Assembly: GCA_937625935.1 (NCBI GenBank)
Contig: OW569394.1
Location: 263,524-327,523 of the forward strand
From: Tetramitus jugosus
Lineage: Eukaryota > Protista > Heterolobosea
DNA: 64,000 nucleotides
Direction: 5' to 3'
Shown here: in pieces, positions 57,048-64,000 of the stretch
How positions within the stretch are numbered: the stretch's first letter is position 1
Layout of the letters: every line of letters starts with the position of its first letter
Made by a program: the position numbers and the translations under genes
The notes under the pieces: generated by a model
What the model saw: the letters and a program-made list of their open reading frames with translations, nothing else
What the model was told of the DNA's origin: nothing
Databases searched by the model: none

Positions 57048-59009
57048 TGATGAAGGCACATTAGCGGTGAAGGATAGTCCAAATCGTAATGTCGAATAAA
57101 CATGTCGCACAGTTGTATCATCACAGTAAAATTCCCCGGCATTATAACAAAAAAGCTTTTCACACAAAACAAAAGCCGCACTCAAAAATAACGACCAATC
57201 ATGCTGGAAAGGAGAAACTTGACCAGAGAATAAATGGAGTCAAAGGATACGTAGAGAAGGCTTTGGTGGAGATGCTGGAGAAGGGAAAAGGTTACGTAAC
57301 ACAGATATGTCGAAGCTTGTTCGGCTCATTCGCGACACTATCGAGAAAACGAGTCCCAAGAACCACTCTTTACACAACTACTCAGCATACAAAAAATGGG
57401 CACAGAACCATTTCTTTCGACTCTTTGGATTGTCTGAAGTGACATTCAAAGAAAAGTATAATCCATCATCCGACAGCAAATGTGATATCTGTACGCTTTG
57501 CAGGAATGCTTATAAGCGATGGAGAAAAAAGTATTTTATTTTGTATCAGAATCCAAAAGACCCAATGAGTGTGCGCGAACATATCCACGGAGAAACGTTG
57601 CGATTGTTCATTAACACTGTCATACAAAATACTGAAGAAAAACTCGTTTTTGATCTCTCCAATTAGTCATTTGATACTCAAACGACGTTTTGAGTCGTAT
57701 GTAGCTGAACATGCGATTAAAACGATTGAGTTGAAGAGAAAGGAAGAGTGCGAAAGCCGCGCTGGGGAGTGTGATGAAGCATTATCCATCGAGCATCAGA
57801 GAGATTGCAATGAGTTTAGTGGATCACACAATTGACAAGAAAACAGCTATGGAACAGTTTGAAGCAAGCTCGCTCGAGAGTAACATATGTACTCTGCTTT
57901 TTCAACGAAGGAATGGTAAACAATGACTGAAAGTAGGTAGATGTTGTAGCAAGAACAGCTTTGCCTCCATTGACTCCAACACAACATCTGTGTAGAGTTG
58001 CTGTCTGAAGATCTGAGATAAGGTTAACGCTGATGGAGTCTTCACAATACTGATATTACATGTGGCTGTGGCAATAATGCCCAAGAGAAAATCAACAATG
58101 TCTTTGTTGCGTCAGTATCATATTGAATTGGTTTTGTGGTTTGGCTTTTTTTCAACTGCCTACAACTGACACTCGATCAGACGAAATAATCCCAACAGTG
58201 ATGCCCAATTGCTGGTTGACCAACATTCCAAAAAATTTAATGGGCTCCACTCTCACGCGCACCCAACACTTGTGATTCACAATCTTCAATTGTTGTTCTC
58301 CAGTTCACTGGAGTGATCAACAAACAATTGAGGGAATGAAGAGAGCTTTCTTCATTGTCATGGATTGCCTTGTTGCTGCTTCGATAGAATTGTTGATCGC
58401 ACCTTCTGCAAAAAAAAAACAAGCAAACCTTTTTTTTAACAGTTGAAACAACAAACCCATCACACATCATCACCAACAATCACCACAGTATGTACTCGTT
58501 TCGATGGTTATCACTTCATTGACTACTTGGATCAAACATCAACATTCAATCATCACCACCATGTTCCTGCTCATGCAACGACGACACTCATTTCAAATCA
58601 GAGCTACAAAATTCGCAACTACGGTTCAATCAAAAGAACATGATCACCATTAATGTTGGTGGTGCTGTTGATTCTTTGACATCTACCTTCATCCACTGGA
58701 TCACCCTGTCAAAACAATGGTAGCAGCAGCAGCAATGTGAATCAACTACAACCTTTGAATGATACATCAGTCAGCAGCACTTTTGTAGTCTGTCAACCAG
58801 TAGTGCTTTGTATGGAGTCAGTAGTGGTAACAACAATGCCAGAGCAACTGCTGGTTTCATGTTCAATAGTGACGCACTGCTGCAGGTTTCGCCTATGAAA
58901 ATCTCGTGTTGCTGACACTCAAGGTTGTCTCACTGTACGAAACAGACATTCAGCCTAAAAAAATCAACCGTGGCTGCAGCAGCTTCAGTCCCTTCTTCAT
59001 CTACTACCA

Positions 59010-60005
59010 CTAATGTCTTATGAATGACCTGGTCATATGCAAAGTGGTTCTCCACTTCGTGGAGTTGGCTGGGGAGATAGCGACCTTGTATCCATCCGGG
59101 TAATGAATTTGTTCATTCAAGAAGATAACGGTAGGCTGAGTACACGATGAACAAGTTCTATACCTGAGCAAATAGTCCTTTGTGTTTGACACATCAAATT
59201 CTTGTTCTATAACGGAGCCTGCCACCTTTTGAGCATAGGTTTGACTGAGCACTGACACAACATTGTCATTGTCTAGAAATCCAGTATAGGTCCATGCCTC
59301 TTGTAGCACACTTCAATCATCCCTCTAATTTGCTTCATATTGGCTACATCGTGATCAATAACGTCAAACTCAGTCAACATGCTGCCAGAACGCAAATTGG
59401 CTGCGTCCTTCTCCCTCATTGTTAAGTAATCATTGATAAGGGTGTTAGGAGGAACATAAAAGTGATAACTCAGGACACTTTTGTTCTGGAAACGATCCCC
59501 TCCTGGAACAGTTTTAAATCCTGATCCCAAGTCATTCCAAGTGACAGGTTCAAAAAATATGAGAGTGTCGGGGTCGATCGACTCTACGGATGGCTTCTGA
59601 CACCTTGTGGTACATTGGCATTAGATTCTCATTGTCTGCAACACTTGGCAAGAAAAGACTAGGGCGAGAGTAAACATCACCTGCAAATGGCTCATTCAAA
59701 AGTTCATATCCAAGAATGTTCGTATAGTTCTTGAATTGATAAGCCAAGAATTGCCACCATGCACTAAATGAATCTAATGCTCCTTCGTGATTGTCATAAA
59801 AGTTCTGAATGGCAGATGAACCTGCTTCGGACAGACAATAAAATCCCCAGTTGTGCTTGCTACAATCCTCTCTGTTGGGGTAACCTGTGGCATTATTGAT
59901 CACATAGGGCCTATCAATAGGCTGGAAAAGGTGCGGCGTTTGTTCTGGGATTTGCTGCCCCGTCAGGCACTCCATCACCACAAAACTTTGAACTGGCAAA
60001 TCCAA
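59010..60005 (-). pseudogene. GH5 endoglycoceramidase-like pseudogene, 5'-truncated
   Basis: SKFCGDGVPD, GYELLNEPFAGD, FEPVTW, SYHFY, TEF spread over several frames; 4-bp duplication frameshift near 59578. Confidence 0.8.
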
Positions 60006-60554
60006 AGTTCGATGGTGATACCATGCCCATCTGAATCAGGGTCTTCTTCGCAGAAAGGTCCGACTCCACTTTAAACTTTGGCAACGCTCAGACGCAAATC
60101 TTTTTCCTTGTTGAGCCATTAAAGTCAATTGATTGCAAATTGTCCTTGACTAATTGAATTGCAAATGATTTCGAAGGTAGAACACAACAATCATCGCACC
60201 GTGATGCTGGAGAAATGAACAAGCAGTGGTGCGGAAATTGTAATTTATCAATTACTCGGAGCCAGAGAAGAACAACATGCAGTGTTTAATATCCCACTGG
60301 AAATGTTGCTTTAATACAAACTCGTGTCTGACAGAACTACCTGCTGAACACATGTTGAATTGTGGAAAACCCGGGTCGGTTTAAACACCAGAGTCTAAAT
60401 TCGTATCACATGAGGTCTATGTTTTGGAAATCCAAAAGTCATTCTTTAAATGGCTGATCTGGTCTCTTGGGAACAAAGGCTGTGTTGGTTTACTGAGTTC
60501 TTTCCTTTTTATGTTGAGGAAAAAGGGGATACTACAAAAATTAGAAAACAATAA

Positions 60555-62105
60555 ATGCCAAACTTTATTAACCATACCAAAAGACTCATCGATGAATTGC
60601 TCAGAGAGAATGTCGAAAGTAATTCATCGGACGATGAGGATCTAGAAAATCAAGTTACACTCAGCATCAACAACAACGACTTATCGTTCTTGCAGAACAA
60701 CATAGATTGTTCAACAACAATCGACAATTTGACATCTACTCCTATTGCAGAAACCAACAGAGCTCGTGCAGCAGAAACCAACAGAGCCGTGGAAGAATTC
60801 ACTGACTTATTCACACATGAGCAATTGACAACAGCTGCAGCGAGCACTTCATCAACAATAGACAATTCTGCTTACGCTCGGAGCACAGTGAAGTTGTTTG
60901 AATACGCAGAAAGAAGATATTATAGCTTTTTGCAAGAGATGAAGACAAAATTTCCTGACTTTGCAAGATATCAAGTAACAGTCTTTCCCTTAAAGAAACT
61001 TACATTGCAAATGTACTTATACTGGTTGCGAGTCGATATGAATTATTCATATACGACCATTAGTAGTACCTTCTGCTATGGATTCTTCCACTACATTCAA
61101 ACGACAAAGAACATTGACACAATTGCTGAGCACCGAAATACCATCAAATTGACGCTCAAGGCTTTACTTCGAAAATTTGGAAATCAAGTGTTCAAAGTTG
61201 AGCCTCTTATGAATGTCGATTTAAATAAGCTTCGGGACTTGTGCAACCAGAAAACAGAGAAAGGAAGCAGGCTAGATTGCTTCCTAGCACAAGGGAGAGC
61301 ACGAGGCTTGAGAGGAGACAGTTGGGCCTTTGTTCAGTTACATCATTTGACATGGAAAAAGGTTGTTGTTGGATCAAGGATCAGAATTTGCTTGAACATT
61401 CACATCATCAAGGACAAAAGAGTCTTACATACACCATGGAAACAGAATTTGAACGGTTGGGATGACATCGGCTCATGTCCAAACATCGCTCTCTTGATCT
61501 ATCTTGCTGACCACAGAAAGGTCATGCAAGAAAAGAGTGCAGCCTTATGCATCATTAGAAACAACTTTCTAGTCAAAGATGATCACAAAAGTGAGTATCT
61601 ATTTACCAAGGAATCTTCACTGGAGCCATGGACAAGCAAAAATATGAGTAATGCCGTCAAAACTCTCTCAGACAAATTACAGTTAAGATATACGGTGCGC
61701 TCATTCCGCAGTGGTCTTGTGGTAACCTGTTTATTGCGAAGCAGGTTGAAGAACAATGGCTTGTTCGACGATCGTGTTGTTGAGACATTGGTCAACTTTG
61801 TCAATTGGAAGGAACAAAAGAGCGTGAAACCCTACGATCGATGGATCACCCAGCATTTCTCGAACATAAATGCTCTGCAGAATGAACAGGAGGAGAATGA
61901 AGCAGCTGGAACTGTGAGGCAACTTGCAGTAGATCTTGGATACCTGGAATCGAATGATGGTCAATCAATGGATCCTAGGGTTGGGTTTGGGTTTGGGACT
62001 TTATATTCGCTTCTGAACCGACAAAACATTGCCTTTTATGGAAGAGGAGTGTCTAAATATGGTTTTGGGAGGTTTTTGAGTTTGAGTTTGGGGTTCATGT
62101 CATAA
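60555..62105 (+). mobile_element. Tyrosine recombinase ORF (Crypton/DIRS-type YR), subtelomeric
   Basis: Helical core-binding region, then GLRGDS (R, 61311), IKDK (K), YTVRSFRSG (HxxR position), VNW (H/W) and KPYDR (Y, 61833). No RT or RNase H nearby. Confidence 0.8.
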
Positions 62106-62120
62106 GTCCAGACCCAACCC
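61978..62120. repeat. Interstitial telomere-like repeats forming an imperfect inverted repeat
   Basis: GGGTTGGGTTTGGGTTTGGGACTT (61978-62001), degenerate TTTGRG run (62061-62095), AAGTCCAGACCCAACCC (62104-62120). Confidence 0.75.
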
Positions 62121-63192
62121 GAAGGAATTTTCAGTACAAATACTTCATCTCAACGAGCTCTAACAGGATTTAACAGGATTAAAACTCTATCGTCTCGAAG
62201 AGACGATCGCTCCCTGCTGTAACTAACAGATTTTCTCTGCAACAGGATAAAAACTGCAACAGACTTCTATGAAAGGATTTTTCAGAAAAGCTTGAGATTA
62301 TCACTGGACTGTATGATAAGAGAACAGTTTTTACAGATTTTAGACTGAAATTTTAGACCTCTAGTATTCATTTGAAGCATTAATTCAGTTATTTCTGTTC
62401 TTTTTTGTTGTTGTTTGACATATTGAGTTGCATTTCGGTGCTCTGGCTTTTGATTGACTTAAAATTCTCTTGACCTGAAGATTATCACCGGTTTTAGAGA
62501 TATTACGGATAAAATTGAGATATTTCATTGTTGAATGAAATAGTTTAGGTCGAATAGGCTCATTTTTTGAATTTCATTTTGTGAATCATATGAAACACTC
62601 TTGAACTGGAGAAATCAACTAATTTGTACCGAATTATTGATGATGAACGAGAGATTTCATTCTTGAAGGGAATATTTTGACATATTTGACAGGCAGAATG
62701 AGATTTAAACTTCTCAGTTCGTAAGATGAGTGCAGAGTAATAGTCCAGACCCAATCTTCATAAAATAAGAGTAGATCTTGCTTGTTGATAAGAATTCATA
62801 CATATGAACGTAATTGACTGAGAAATATTGCAGAAAATACTATTTTGGAGTGAGATTGGCTCGTGAGAGAAATATATTTCTATTATTCAGACTTCCTTGG
62901 ATGCAGAGTTGAATACCCAGACACAACCTGTCATTACTGAAGAGAAATAGAAATGATTACATGTAAAACGTGTATATGACTCACTTGATTGCCTCTAAGC
63001 TTTCCAGATGTTGAGCTTTTTATGAGGAGATTTCTGTTTTGGACAAAAGCTGAGGAGTGAATGTCAAATGATGGAAATAGAAATGGGGCGAGTGGTTTAA
63101 CTTCCATTTATCTTATTTGATCAGATTTTAGATGATAGATCGGTTCTGTTTTGAATTCGAATGAAATTTTTGATTTTTGGGAAGAAAGTTCA

Positions 63193-64000
63193 TTTGGGTT
63201 TGGGTTTGGGTTTGGGTTTGGGTTTGGGTTTGGGTTTGGGTTTGGGTTTGGGTTTGGGTTTGGGTTTGGGTTTGGGTTTGGGTTTGGGTTTGGGTTTGGG
63301 TTTGGGTTTGGGTTTGGGTTTGGGTTTGGGTTTGGGTTTGGGTTTGGGTTTGGGTTTGGGTTTGGGTTTGGGTTTGGGTTTGGGTTTGGGTTTGGGTTTG
63401 GGTTTGGGTTTGGGTTTGGGTTTGGGTTTGGGTTTGGGTTTGGGTTTGGGTTTGGGTTTGGGTTTGGGTTTGGGTTTGGGTTTGGGTTTGGGTTTGGGTT
63501 TGGGTTTGGGTTTGGGTTTGGGTTTGGGTTTGGGTTTGGGTTTGGGTTTGGGTTTGGGTTTGGGTTTGGGTTTGGGTTTGGGTTTGGGTTTGGGTTTGGG
63601 TTTGGGTTTGGGTTTGGGTTTGGGTTTGGGTTTGGGTTTGGGTTTGGGTTTGGGTTTGGGTTTGGGTTTGGGTTTGGGTTTGGGTTTGGGTTTGGGTTTG
63701 GGTTTGGGTTTGGGTTTGGGTTTGGGTTTGGGTTTGGGTTTGGGTTTGGGTTTGGGTTTGGGTTTGGGTTTGGGTTTGGGTTTGGGTTTGGGTTTGGGTT
63801 TGGGTTTGGGTTTGGGTTTGGGTTTGGGTTTGGGTTTGGGTTTGGGTTTGGGTTTGGGTTTGGGTTTGGGTTTGGGTTTGGGTTTGGGTTTGGGTTTGGG
63901 TTTGGGTTTGGGTTTGGGTTTGGGTTGGGTTTGGGTTGGGTTTGGGTTTGGGTTTGGGTTTGGGTTTGGGTTTGTGGTTTGGGTTTGGGTAGAGTTTGGG
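63193..64000 (+). repeat. Telomere, (TTTGGG)n, about 800 bp
   Basis: Perfect hexamer array running to the window end with the G-rich strand 5'->3' toward the end; a few variant units after ~63920. Confidence 0.97.

Noticed and set aside
58640-58700. MITINVGG resembling the start of a BTB/T1 domain
   Set aside because: Only 8 residues with no continuing frame.
60366-60382. AAACCCGGGTCGGTTT, a head-to-head telomere-like palindrome upstream of the YR ORF
   Set aside because: Too short and imperfect to distinguish from chance without other element copies.
63177-63992. 271-aa (VW)n ORF
   Set aside because: Translation artefact of the stop-free telomeric hexamer; non-ATG start.

Overview
The right end of a chromosome from a compact, intron-poor microbial eukaryote using the standard genetic code with GT-AG introns. 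The gene content (7TM-RGS fusion, REJ/GAIN surface proteins, ENA ATPase, CtlX-like enzyme) suggests a heterolobosean/Discoba amoeba, but that is inference. From 1 to 51 kb the window is gene-dense: RGS-7TM, RCC1, two REJ/GAIN-like membrane proteins, an LRR protein, a Kv channel, an amidinotransferase, RAD6/UBC2, Las1, LSm8, a BRCT-BAH protein, kinesin-12, CCX/NCLX, a cathepsin B-like protease, a DUF676 lipase, a NOX with an internal SH3, MPPE1/CDC1, a BBE oxidase, an OCA2-like transporter and a P2D ATPase. A Pol III island carries 5S rRNA, tRNA-Leu(CAA) and a candidate ~290-nt structured ncRNA. Two paralogous secreted multi-core CX3C-X6/7-CX3C (alpha-hairpinin-like) peptide precursors lie next to the protease. 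From 51 to 63 kb is a subtelomeric zone of pseudogenes and transposase relics, ending in an intact-looking Crypton/DIRS-type tyrosine recombinase ORF whose 3' end runs into telomere-like repeats. A (TTTGGG)n telomere of about 800 bp starts at 63193. The best candidates for novelty are the telomere-adjacent tyrosine recombinase element with telomere-like inverted repeats, the modular disulfide-hairpin peptide precursors, and the unassigned structured RNA beside 5S. All calls are by eye; no searches were run.
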